Positions 43,682 to 56,509 of a DNA stretch of 64,000 nt are shown one piece after another. The notes under the pieces are model-generated. The model was given only the letters and a program-made list of their open reading frames with translations. It searched no databases and was not told the DNA's origin. This stretch comes from Octopus vulgaris (Eukaryota), in the NCBI GenBank assembly GCA_951406725.2, contig OX597825.1, positions 37,820,001 to 37,884,000 of the forward strand, in the 5' to 3' direction. The position numbers and the translations under genes are program-made. Numbering within the stretch: the first letter of the stretch is position 1; each line of letters begins with the position of its first letter.

Positions 43682-43754
43682 TGTCATAATAGGACTCAGA
43701 GTTTCAAATGCCGGGGCTAAGAGCTACGATGCATTTTCGTCGGCTATTTTGACA
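43682..43754 (-). ncRNA. Type I hammerhead motif with CCGACGA core
   Basis: Minus strand: TGTCAAAATAG-CCGACGA-AAATGC...GCATTT-GAAACTC-T-GAGTC-CTATTATGACA; helix I 10/11 bp, GUC site; host element ~43600-43830 is homologous to 49058-49280. Confidence 0.75.
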
Positions 43755-43927
43755 ATAGACGCTATGAAAAAACAGTTGAATAAAAGAGAAGTTACTCTAA
43801 TAGACAGGAGAAATTACAAAAGATAAAAAATTAAAAATTAAAATTATAAAAAATACATACAACTATATTCTCACAATATATATAAAACCTTCTGCGTTCG
43901 TAAAGTCCACATACGTACACACTCATA

Positions 43928-43988
<61 letters not shown>

Positions 43989-44064
43989 CAGTGTGTGCGT
44001 TTAGAGATGTGTATATGAGCACGTAAATGCACGTATATTTTTGTGTGTATATGGGCATACATAC

Positions 44065-44122
<58 letters not shown>

Positions 44123-44129
<7 letters not shown>

Positions 44130-44321
44130 GAAGGAGCTTCTACAGGACTAGAACTGTTTCATTCAAGAGAAATCTTCAGGAAGCAGGAGCTTCCTGAAGA
44201 TTTCTCTTGAATGAAACAGTTCTAGTCCTGTAGAAGCTCCTTCTATATAATAAATTAATTTTACTCTACTATGTATTGAGTACCTTATTTACTGTGGTTA
44301 ACCCCGAATCAACCCGGGACC

Positions 44322-44323
<2 letters not shown>
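44123..44323 (+). mobile_element. Fold-back element E: perfect 62-bp hairpin (44123-44184 / 44189-44250) plus tail, inside (TA)n
   Basis: Exact reverse-complement arms, loop AGGA; arm contains CTGAAGA...GAAAC. Confidence 0.9.
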
Positions 44324-44363
<40 letters not shown>

Positions 44364-44467
44364 TAATCCAAACAAGAAAGCACAGAAAAAAAGAGAGAAA
44401 AAAACAGCAACGCGAGGACGTGGAACAATTAAAGTATTATTGACGCTCAGGAAAGAAGGGAAGGAGG

Positions 44468-44502
44468 GTTTAACGTTTCGAGCGGAGCTCTTCGTCGGAA
44501 AC
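44468..44502 (-). ncRNA. Very short hammerhead-like motif (CCGACGA core) in insert 44359-44565
   Basis: Minus strand GTTT-CCGACGA-A-GAGC tcc GCTC-GAAAC-GTT-AAAC. Confidence 0.65.
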
Positions 44503-45159
44503 AAGGAGAAGGAAAGATCCCAAGAAGGGAAGACAGAGGAAAAAATATTTAAGCTGGTGGTGCTCATGTATGCCCATACACACACAAAAATATACGTGCA
44601 TTTACGTGCTCATATACACATCTCTAAACGCACACACTGATATACATATATATATATGCACGTATATGTATAAATATACACACATACTTATATATGTACG
44701 CAAATTCATCTTCATATCCACATAGATGTATGTTTACAAATATATTAGACATTTATCCATATAAAATATACTCATACATATATACATACTCGTACAGGCA
44801 TGTATTCACCCTCACCGCATATATGAATATACACATATGTACATATGTATACAGATATACACATACATACATATACACCCTCCTATCAACACCCTTACGA
44901 CCGCAGATATACATACATGCGTAAATATATAACACACGCACACAAATACACATTTAATATATGCATACGTATACATATACTCACACGCGTATAGAAACAC
45001 ACATCTAAAAAAATGTACGAGAACATAATAAAAAAGCAGGTTCTATATATATATATATATATGGTAAAGCCCCATTTCTGTCTAGAAAGTTCCGGTCGCA
45101 AGCACAAATCTGTACCAGTGACGTCACAACTTATTTCTACGGCTGAGTGAATTGGACTC

Positions 45160-45276
<117 letters not shown>

Positions 45277-45304
45277 TTCGTTTTTATATTTGGTATGCAA
45301 GATT

Positions 45305-45480
45305 CTTTATGAACTTAACACTCACCAAGTTTTACTCATTCACTTATTTATTTTTACTAATAGGTTGCAAATCGCAACGAAAATTTTAATAAAAATAAAT
45401 AAGTTAATGAGTGGAAATCGGTGAGTGTGTTGAATTGATAAGGCACTAAAAGAGAATGACTCTCCCCAGACACAATAATA
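45305..45480 (+). mobile_element. Small fold-back element (arms 45305-45360 / 45386-45443) plus tail
   Basis: ACACTCACC...ACTCATT.ACTTATTTATTTTTA mirrored; spacer has GTTGC-aaatc-GCAAC-GAAA. Confidence 0.7.
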
Positions 45481-45659
45481 TACATACATATATGAATCAT
45501 AGAAGGTCAGAAGATCTAAGAGATATAAATATATTAGGCAATTCGAATAGCAAACTCCATACTTCTGCAGTTACTTCGGTAAAAATTGGGCTCGTTTATT
45601 GTAACCAGTGATCAAGTATTGGTAGTACCTAGTAGGATGGACAACTTCGTAATTTATAA

Positions 45660-47000
45660 ATAATAATAATGATTTCAATTTTTTGCAGAAGGCCAGAAAT
45701 TTGGAGGGAGCAGTCAAATCAGTTACGTCAACTCCAGTGCTTATTTTGTCGACCCTGAAAGGATGAAAGATAAAGTCGATCGCAGCAGAATTTGAACTCA
45801 GAACGTAAAGACGGATGAAATGCTGCAAAACATTTTGCCCGACGTGCTAATGATTTAGCAGTAATTTTGGGGAACGGGTAAGTCGATAGTATTGATCCCA
45901 TCGTTCAGCTTGTACTTATTTTGTCGATTCCGAAAGGATAAAAGGAAAAGTCGACCACGGCAGAATTTGAATTCAGAAATTAAAGACAAACGAAATGTTA
46001 CGATTCTGCCATCTCGCCACCCTACAAATAATAATAATGGTTTCAAATTTAAGCACAAAGCCAGTAGGTTCGGGGTGGATGGGGGGGGGGTAAGTCTATT
46101 ACATGGACCCTAGTTTTCAACTGGTATTTATTTTATCGACCCCGCAATGATAAAAGGCAAAGCCGACCACAGCGGAATTTGAACTCAGAACGTAAAGGCA
46201 GACAGAATGCTGCTAGGAATTTTTGCCCGTTATGCTAACGATTCTTTCAGATCACCACCTTATAAATAATGATAATAACTTGTTCTACTATAAGTACAAG
46301 GCCTGAAATTTTGAGGAGGTAGATTACTGGTGCGTACATCATCAACACGGAAAGGATGGAAGGTTAAGTCAACCTCAGAACGTAAAGACGGGCGAAAATT
46401 CCGCTAAGCATTTTGACCGGGTTGCTTACGATTTTGCATGCTCTCTGCCTTACAAATGATGATAATAATAACTACAGTTCTTTTCCTGACGTCTTCGTTT
46501 ACTTTGTCTGCGTTGTTCAGGTCTTTTCTATGATGTTTGTTTGTTTTAGTTGTAAGAGAGGTAATTTTGACGTGGAGTTTCTAGTAGATATCATCAACAC
46601 CGGTAGTAAACTGGGGTTTTATTTTACGACCCCACCCCTACTGTACTAAGCTGTTATTTCATTTATTAATCACAAAGGAATGGCACCCAAAAATAACCCA
46701 GCCGGAAATATCAACAACAATAACCACTACCATCAGTCGACCATGTCGGAATTTGATTCAAAACGTTACGACGGACGAAATACCGCTAAGCACTCCGTCC
46801 AGCGAGCTGAAATACCTATTTCTTTACTACCCACAAGGGGCTAAATGCAGAGAGGACAAACAAGGACAGCCAAACGGATTAAGTCGATTATATCGATCCC
46901 AGTGCGTACCTGGTACTTATTTAATCGACCCCGAAAGGATGAAAGGCAAAGTCGACTTCGGCGGAATTTGAACTCAGAACGTAGCGGCAGACGAATACCT
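45660..47000 (-). mobile_element. Head-to-tail cluster of ~6 family 2 SINEs
   Basis: Repeated GAAAGGATGAAAGG...GTCGAC...GGAATTTGAACTCAGAACGTA units with (AAT)n tails starting near 45660, 45856, 46028, 46262, 46545 and 46815. Confidence 0.88.
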
Positions 47001-47503
47001 GATTGTTTCAGTTGTCACATTTGCAAAGGATCTTTTAGTGTCTATAGACTTATGCAAATGCATATATATCGCCTTGCGAATCTCACTTGAAATTTTAAGT
47101 GACGTCCATTAAAATTTATTTTAAATGATGCAAAGCTGAAAGCAAAAAATAGACAGTTCCGCAGACTTATACTGATTTAATGTGAACAGTGTTTTGCATG
47201 TGTGTGGGGGGGTGGGGGTCTATCATTCTCTTCGCTCTTTTGCGCCATTTGGGCTCAACTCTCCTCCCCTCTTCATCTAACATCCTCCCCGACACCTACT
47301 TCTCTTCACCCCTACTCTCTTTCCCTCTTCTCCCTTACTCTCTTTCTCTCTTCTCTCTTTCTCTCTGCTCCCTCACTCTCCTTGTCTTCTCCTCTCTTGT
47401 CCCAACTCCTTTTTCTCTTCACTGCTACTTCTCTTCACCCCTACTCTCTTTCCCTCTTCTCTCTTAGTCTCTTTCTCACTTCTCTCCTACTCTAATATAT
47501 ATA

Positions 47504-47841
47504 TTATGGAGATGTACTTGCATAGCAAGTGACCTGAGCTGAGATCGTGTGCTGGAACGAAAATAATTGCAGCGTGGAAGGTGTTTATAAGCCATTTAAG
47601 AAACACACACAAAAAAACGTTAGATTCACTTCAACAATTTTCCAAATTATTTTCGTCGCTTTGAGACCGCGACCTGTTCAATGACAAAATCCGAGATGCA
47701 GCAGGAAATTTGTCAGTGAACAGGTCACGGTCTGAAAGCGACGAAAATAATTTGGAAAATTAAATTTAAATGTTGAAGTGAATCTAACGTTTTTTTTTTG
47801 TGTTTCTTAAATAGCTTATAAATACTTTCCACGCTGCAATT
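47504..47841 (-). mobile_element. Fold-back element F (arms 47565-47692 / 47704-47841, tail 47504-47564)
   Basis: AATTGCAGCGTGGAA...CGTTAGATTCACTTCAACA...TGACAAA mirrored; short (TA) at the tail end. Confidence 0.88.
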
Positions 47842-48204
47842 GTTACATATATTGTTTTGACTATACTCTATAAAACAAGTTCACAGAAAACCGACAGTCT
47901 GTGATGTGAGTTTTGCTGATTGAACTGCGCAATGATAAAATGAATAGATAGCATCTACTTGTCACCGCTGAAAGAAACATTGGACTAATAGCATATAAAT
48001 AGATAAAATAAATTTCATAATGTAGCCTACCAAACTAAGAAACTTGTGTTGCAACTATGAGTTTAGTCCGACTGCAAGTACTTTTAACTATAGCCCCGGC
48101 CGATTAATTCCTAGTGAATAGATTTGGTAGACAGGGGCGAAGTACGTAAGTGAAAATTTCTATTAATTTCCATTTCCCTTCGATATGACTATATTTGATT
48201 TTGA

Positions 48205-48778
48205 TTTTCCTCAGTCAAGTTACCAGGTGTCCTTGCAGTTTTTAGCAGTTACACTTGAGACTGTTCGATCAGTTGTCTCCAAAAAATCTAAGCTAAGAGC
48301 ATTGGATATTTTCTAAGAAAGCTAAGGAATGTATGGGAAAACAAAGGCAAAAATACCCCACAGAACATGGTACACCATTACAAATACCAGCAACAAGAAT
48401 ATAAAGTCTTTCACTTTATACACGCTAGCTCAGTTTGATTCGTCCTCAGTCGAATGACACTTGTTTTTATAGTCTTGTTGTTTGTATTTTGTAATTGTGT
48501 ACCATATTCTACAATTTTTGTCTTTGTTGTCGTACACATTCGCTAGCTTTCTTACAAAATATCTAATGCACTTAGCTTACAATTCTTGGGGGCAACCAGA
48601 TCGAACAGTCGCAAGTATAACTGCCCGAAACTGTAAGGACATCTGGTAACTTGACTGAGGAAAAAAGACCACGAATGACCCATTCTTTTTTCCCTGTCCC
48701 AGTAATTGTTTTTCCTGTCCGCCTTTGTATCGTCTATCTGTTCCGATGTTTTATTGTCCTCTATTGCGTTTTCGTTCC

Positions 48779-48783
<5 letters not shown>
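48205..48783 (+). mobile_element. Fold-back element G (arms 48205-48405 / 48466-48664, tail to (TA)n at 48783)
   Basis: TTTTCCTCAGTCAAGTTACCAG...AAGAAAGCTA...GGTACAC...CAACAAGA mirrored with moderate divergence. Confidence 0.85.
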
Positions 48784-48836
<53 letters not shown>

Positions 48837-49005
48837 TTTTATATACGCATATATGGTTACAGGCCGTTACCAATAGTAAACAACTTGAAATAATAAAACA
48901 AATGAGTTATATACGCAAATAACGACAGAGAAAATGGAAAACAGGACACTTCTCGGCTATCTATCTACTCCTCATTTCTTGCAATCAACCACTATATGAC
49001 TCTTC

Positions 49006-49060
<55 letters not shown>

Positions 49061-49156
49061 TAAAAACGGTAAGATAACAAAAGAAAGAAAGAGACCTCAA
49101 TATTATGTAAATAGAGGAAAGTTATCTATAAAATAATATGTTACAATTACTCAATA

Positions 49157-49227
49157 GTCAAGGTAAAACTCTGAGTTTCAGATACCGAAGTGGAAATCCA
49201 CAACACCATCTCTTCGGTTATCTGGTC
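49157..49227 (-). ncRNA. Degenerate hammerhead motif with CCGAAGA core in PLE-like end 49058-49280 abutting (TA)n
   Basis: Minus strand ATAA-CCGAAGA-GAT...ATCT-GAAACTC-A-GAGTT-TTAC; homolog of 43682-43754. Confidence 0.55.
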
Positions 49228-50373
49228 ATCTGAAAAACGCTATGGAAAAATACCGTTATATAAAGGGAAATTACTGTGTTATAATTCTGCTACTTATATA
49301 AAATAAGATTAAAAGTTCCTAGTAAACACGTAAACATGGCTAGTCATACGCACACATGTGCGCTCGCGGACCCACGTGTGTACTTATACGTCACTATGAA
49401 AACGTATACATCTTCAATCGCATTTTTCGCCTAATATATACGCATATATATACAAACTCATACACACACACACGCGTACCGTAAAAGTTCATACATACGT
49501 CTATATACGCACAAGCATATATATATATATATATATTAAAAATATATATATAAACACACACACGCGCGCGTATGTTTTTTGCTCTATGTGTGTGCGTGCC
49601 TGCATATGTGTGCGTACATACATACACGCTCATAATTATACCGTGAGACTTAAGTTTTAAATGATTGAATCAAACCCAGCATTCAAAACTCAGCTTGCTT
49701 CTCTATACTTCAAAAGAACAAACTGATAGAACTTGCATTTTCTTTCACCTTCACCATAATTATAGAGATCACACAGTACATAACGTAGAAAATAAATAGA
49801 TAATAAAAAATTCCGGACGGCTTGTTTATAAATTATTTAGATCGAGTAATTAATTAACTTGTGAACAAAGTCTCTTCTTTCGTTCGATCTCTCATACACT
49901 CTTTCTCTCCACACACACACCCACTCACACACACATACACATGTATATCTATAGTCACGTCTATATATACATACTTACAAGCATAAATACGCACATATAA
50001 TTCTCTTTTTTTTAACCATTGAACAGCAGATAAACTAGGACGCTGGTTTGAAAGTTTAAGTCTGTCAGTTCGGACTTGGTACTTATTGCAGCGTGTCTTT
50101 AGCGGTGTCTGCTAAGTTACGGGTTGCAAAATATCTACTCTAATAATACTCTTGTATTTTTCTCCGTCACAATATAGGAATAACAAAGGAAGGCGTGATA
50201 AATAAATAAGGAAGGAAGGAGTGATGCAAACTGATGGGATGATGAACATTTAACGCTGAAAAGAGCAATTGAATAGCGTTTCATCTTTGTGTGAGTATAT
50301 GTGCGTGTGTGTGTGCGTGTACAAGGGAAGTATGTGAATGTATACAGTTCTATATTTAAGAGATTGGGAATTA

Positions 50374-50580
50374 TGTACATTATTTAAATTATTTACATTC
50401 GACGGATATTTGTCCTCATTTTGTTTGTTGTTAACACAATGTTTCGAAGAATACCTTAGGAATGAGAACCCCCAAGACACCTGAAGAAGGCTGGAGGGTA
50501 TATCAGCCGAAATGTTGTGTTAACAGCAAACAAGGTGAGGACAAATATCCGTCGAATATGAATAATGTAAATAATGTATA
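50374..50580. mobile_element. Fold-back element H (arms 50374-50446 / 50508-50580)
   Basis: ATTCGACGGATATTTGTCCTCA...TGTTAACACAA mirrored. Confidence 0.85.
50477..50520 (+). ncRNA. Minimal hammerhead motif
   Basis: ACAC-CTGAAGA-A-GGCTG...CAGCC-GAAATGTT-GTGT; likely CpG decay of GAAACGTT (other arm reads GAAACATT). Confidence 0.7.
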
Positions 50581-52019
50581 TGAATGTATGTTAACATGTT
50601 AACATTGACAAATGTATTAATTTGATTTACCATCCATATTTACTTATGAAATACTTCAATTAGCCGTCATTTTTTACGGCACGGGGTCAGCTAGTATAAA
50701 ATAATAAATTTTAAAAGAAAGCGTGACAGGTAAATCATAAATGAGCACAAGGTTTTGCCACGCAGCTGCTAGTATTTTATCATCGAGGGCGCACGCATTG
50801 ATCGGAACGCTGCAATAACAAGGACTGTCCCTAGGGTATAAGGCAAAAGAGAAAATCTTTGCAATGACTATTTAATACTGGGTTGCGCATTCCATGTCAT
50901 CACATTTTCTGTGACAGAAATATATCCAGAGGCAAGATTCAACCTTTTAATTACTAATGCATCCTAAAAGTAGGGATCTGCCTGGCACCCTCTCCGCTGA
51001 AGAATGCATTATAACAGACCATCATATATTGCTTCTTACACAACGTGTACAGTTTTTACTTTTGTAATATGCTCCGAAAGGAGCAGGACAAAGCAGATAC
51101 ATCATCGATCTCAAAAGTTACAAGACATATCTACCATTTCCAATCAAGTGGTACGATATTTTAATCGACCACCAAGTAGCCCAGTGTTTGGGTCTATAAG
51201 ACAGTGTAAGGCTGACTTCAATTGTGACACAGAAACGCTTGCAACGACACTGTATTATGCAAGATTATAAATAAATACAATTCGCAAAAAAAAATGAAAT
51301 ATATAAAAAACACCAATATATCTCTCTACTGAACTTGATATCATTGTGTTCTATTTGATCTTCATAGACCTTGATATCATGGGCGAAATTCCCGACAGAA
51401 GAAAAAGAATAAGACGTTCAAGACACTCTAACTCCACAACGGGGTATGGTAACATCTTTTTATTCTCTATATTAGATATATAAGCACGCACACGCATACA
51501 GTCACAACATTTAGACACTCTTATTTACAACAGTCACTCATACACACGCATACGCAAGCGCGCGCGCACACACGCAGAGTGACAAAATGCACACGTGCGT
51601 CCATTATCACATGTGAAGGCAGTGAATAACTCTCCCGCTTCATTTCACGTCTGCATACAATACATATCCTGAAGTGACCTATAGATGATCTTTTGTATGT
51701 CATAAATTGAAGTAGAAAGTAAAACTCAGATTTTTGTATCCACATTCAACCCCATTTCCTGCATACCAAGTAACGATAGACAATGAGAGAGGGATTGACA
51801 ACAGCCAAAACATGCTGTTTACATGACAATCAATGGACATACCTATCAATAATGCCACCAATTCACTCTTAATATTGTGCCTTATTAGTATTTACTAGTT
51901 AATGTTATTTCTTATGTTGGCTAGATCTTTCCTATTCTCATTTTTTAATCGAAATTTGTGACAAATCTTTCTGTAATTGTTTTCGTAATGTAAACACCTA
52001 GTCTTTCTTTTATTTTTTC

Positions 52020-52140
52020 TTCTTTTACTTGTTTGTTATTTTGACTGAAGCCATGCTGGCGCACCGCCTTTGTTAGAACAAATCGACCCCAGGACTTATT
52101 CTTTGTAAACCTACTATTTATTGAATCTGTTTCTGATGAA
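52020..52140 (-). mobile_element. Family 1 SINE 3' fragment
   Basis: TCTTTTACTTGTTT...GCCATGCTGGCGCACCGCCTTT...ATCGACCCCAGGACTTATTCTTTGTAA. Confidence 0.8.
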
Positions 52141-52949
52141 AAAAATTTTTCATAGTTGACGCCAAAGCGATTTTTCATATTTGCTACTCGTTTACATACG
52201 AGTCAATGTCAATATGTGGAACCAAGAATTCCTGCTAAGTTGCTTTTAGCCAGTTGCCTGTAAGAATAATAAATACAGGCAGTCTCCTAAGTTTGCGGAG
52301 CAAAAAACTACCAGTAGCGTCTAACTGATTCAGAATTAAATATATTAGTTATTATTCTTCAAAACCATCTAGAATTATTCACTAATTTCTTTCACTCAAT
52401 TGCAATTCTTATCAAAATAATTGTAACCTTCCATAGTTTGTCTATCTCTCTGTGTGTCTGCCTGCTTGTCTGTCTCTCTATGTACCTATCTATCTAGTTT
52501 AATATGTGTGTGTGTGTGTGTGCATGTGTTTGAGAGCATATGTATGCGTGAATGTAAATGTAAACACTTCATTATGTATAGGTGATGTGTAGTTATGTGC
52601 ATGTACTGGTGTATATTTATTAACGATCTCAACTAAACATGCGCGTACAAAGGCACTGCCACTCTCTCTTCATCCTGTCTCACATAAATCCAAGTCATTA
52701 TTCATTAAAAATAACAAAGACCTACACCAGGTAATTTAATTTTACAATTGTCTTCTTGATTAAAGTTAAGTCTTCAATGGTTCATCTCTTTTATTGATCT
52801 CTATGATAAATAATTGCTTTAGTGGCACAGTTGACGTCAAAGATTATTTCATGTAATCATAGCTGGATTTACAGATCATAGACTCTGGATGTCGGTGCTG
52901 ATGTATCCAATGATAAAACGGATAACGATCGGATGGGTCATCTGAGTGT

Positions 52950-53003
<54 letters not shown>

Positions 53004-54617
53004 GTGCCTGAGCAATTGTGCGCACATGCACTCCTGCATGTTTGTGTATATTTGCTTGAAAGATGTGAAGCAGCAATTTAAATATACTAGGAATGCACAA
53101 TTGATATTAATAGATATAAAATCAAGCATCTATTCATAGCACTTCATACACAAATTAGGAATAATAGGTAAGTTCTTTTCCACTGGCTGCATGAAATTTT
53201 CTAGAAACGAGTCAAATTCTGACAGATTTTCTGATAAGAAATGTTGTGATACCTCTAACAAGCGACAAAATTGTTCTTCGACAGCTCACTTTAAGAAACT
53301 GAGATTATCATTGATGTAGTTCCTCTTCCGAAGTTGCGCAAGCTTTTCTCAAAATCGGTTTTAGAAGCTGTTTCATCGCTTTCTTATATACATTTTAGGT
53401 CAGTAATATATATTTTTTAACGAATAAATCTGAGAAACATTTAGATCAACAATCTGGTCTTGTGTATGCCTCATAATCAATGTAATACTGTCCCTCTTGT
53501 GTCAGATATAAATATTTATCAAATTATGCGTTTTTCAAGGACATTAATGGCGAAAAAATGGTCAAAATCGTGTAAAAGTGGACAGTAATGAGTTTGTTAT
53601 AGTATATATATAACTACGTCTTTGATGTAATATATCTATCTTTTATGCTTTATTAGGTCTTTTATATACCCATTTCTATCGATTTTCAACAAAACTGTGT
53701 GTTTGGGATAGAAGGTGATATATAATCTAGTTTATATGTTTATGATTATTAAGCAAGTTACTTCAATCCCATTTGTTATATATTCTAGAGAATATAAACA
53801 AATAATAGCATAGTTATAATCGCATAATGCCTAACTAGAAACCAGTCGAATTGCTAAACGATAAAACATGAAGATAATTTGATAGGTGTTTATGTCAGGA
53901 ACATAATCGAATCCAACGTCTTGAACTCTAATGTATTTATTGGGCTAATGGTTTTAATGTTTATCTTTTTTCAGTGGGTCAAACTTATATAATAAAGGGA
54001 ATAATCTATTGAAACATCTCCCACAGATGAAAATGCATACAAACAATAAATACTATAAGGTTGTAAATCCAGTTTCAGAGCGAAATATTCCCTTAAATAC
54101 GCATCTCAAATAATACCACAAGGCAATTCATTAATATGTAGCGTGTTGAATTAAACAAACCGCACTTTATAATGGAAATAATTTTATCGAGCAAAATTAA
54201 ATAAAAGGGAATGTCGGCTCAGACACGATTTGCTCTTAGACTCTGACGGTACATAGCTAAATTTTGCTTGTGATACCACTAAAGGCAGAGGATAGCACGA
54301 ACCTCTTTTGGGTTCGCTATCATTACGTAACGTTTTGGTGCAGCTTAATTTATCATGAGCTCGAGTGGAATCCAGCAATGAGTGTGATATTAGAAATAGA
54401 CAAAAGTTTTGAAAGATTGAAAAGATTGGAGCAACTTCTAAGTCCCACCCCTGCTACACATTCTGTCATGCAGATTCTCCGTTGGGATAGCATTGTATCA
54501 GTGCAATACCCAGACACATACACAAGCTAAGGCGAAAAGCGACTTTCTTAAAAATAGGCAATTAGCGATGCAAGCAGTATTAATAACAATGATCAATCTG
54601 AATATTCTACTAAACCG

Positions 54618-55060
54618 GGATGTATTATTAGAGTGCCGAATACTGTAGCATCGCCATTCGGTGCCCACACCAGACGGTTCTCGTCTGTTACGGTATATGT
54701 ATCATTAGCACCATATGTCTGTATGAGACGACATCTTAAGGCGAAAACCGCAGGATTCTGTGCTCTAAAAGTACATGCATGTGCTGTAGGATGTAAGATT
54801 GCCTTTTCGTATTAATAAAGCTCTGTCGTAAATATTAATTCTTAATAAGCTTGCTATCTATTTGCAACATCAGTGACTGATGAAGCATAGTACGCTGAAA
54901 TCAGGTGATCTGGCAGGTCCGGCACCTACACCAGACTATTCGTGTCTGGCACGATATATGTCCGTGCGTTTAGCACCGTACGTCTATATGAGTGAAACTC
55001 TCAAGGCGAATACCGCAAAATCGGCGCTCTAATAATTACATCCACGTTTTGCAGACTGAA
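54618..55060. repeat. Two diverged ~135-bp direct units (54660-54797, 54920-55060) plus an inverted copy of the unit end at 54618-54656
   Basis: ACACCAGAC...TTAGCACC...TATGAG...AAGGCGAA.ACCGCA...GCTCTAA in both units; GGATGTATTATTAGAGTGCCGA mirrors TCGGCGCTCTAATAATTACATCC. Confidence 0.7.
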
Positions 55061-55516
55061 AAGCGCGAGTTGTTTATTTGATTGAACAACTCAGTCTTCT
55101 TCATCAAAATCAAGGCCGTTCCACTTATTTTCAATACATTTTGCTAATCGATTACTGTATTCAGATTGACCAAATATCCACTGTAGATGCATTACAATAG
55201 CAGATGGTAATTCTCAACGCTTTTATGAAGTAATTATAATCAGAGTTTGTAACAAAGGTACACGGACATGAATGACTGGGAAGATATAATAGATTTGAAT
55301 CGATGTCCAATATATTACTGTTAGTCATTAGATAGTTTAAAGGGAAAAGCAACCTCAATCGCATAGTAATTCAGAAGTAAAAAAGATTTAATCTGCTATT
55401 CATCATTGTATCAGTCTCACTATAATAAACTTTTCCAGCTTTGTCAATAAGCGAACAATTTTCAAGAGAAGTGTATGAGTGTCCTCAACTGAGGTGTTTG
55501 AATGGGAAATTCTTAT

Positions 55517-55725
55517 TGGCGGTAAGCTGGCAGAATCGTTTGCGTAACGGACAAAATGTTTAGTGGTATTTCGTCCAGCTTTACTTCTTGAATTCAAATG
55601 CCGACAGTGCCCAGCCGACAGTGCCCACTTTGACTATCATCCTTTCGGGGTTGATGAAGTATCAGTCAAACGATGGGGACGATGTAATGGACTAGTCTCC
55701 TTCCCCAGATTTGAGGTATTGTGCC
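55517..55725 (+). mobile_element. Family 2 SINE
   Basis: GGCGGTAAGCTGGCAGAATCGTT...GGTATTTCGTC...CATCCTTTCGGGGTTGAT; tail expanded into (TTC)n(TTA)n. Confidence 0.8.
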
Positions 55726-55732
55726 TACTGGA

Positions 55733-55831
55733 TTCTTCTTCTTCTTCTTCTTCTTCTTCTTCTTCTTCTTCTTCTTCTTCTTCTTCTTCTTCTTCTTCTT
55801 CTTCTTCTTCTTCTTCTTCTTCTTCGTCTTC

Positions 55832-55882
<51 letters not shown>

Positions 55883-55941
55883 CATCATTATTATTATTAT
55901 TATCATCATTATTATTATTATTATTATTATCATTATTATTA

Positions 55942-55987
<46 letters not shown>

Positions 55988-56033
55988 CATTATTATTATT
56001 ATTATTATTATCATTATTAGTATTATTATTATT
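55733..56033. repeat. (TTC)n-(TTA/TCA)n trinucleotide microsatellite
   Basis: Direct reading; source of the homopolymer ORFs. Confidence 0.95.

Positions 56034-56509
<476 letters not shown>

Noticed and set aside
45660-47000. CRISPR-like or satellite array
   Set aside because: Units are ~200-bp diverged SINE copies in eukaryotic DNA, not short repeats with unique spacers.
47262-47495. 37-bp direct repeat in a CT-rich tract
   Set aside because: Ordinary slippage duplication in low-complexity DNA.
53170-53380. Possible mariner linker-region remnant on the minus strand
   Set aside because: Similarity too weak to support without a search.
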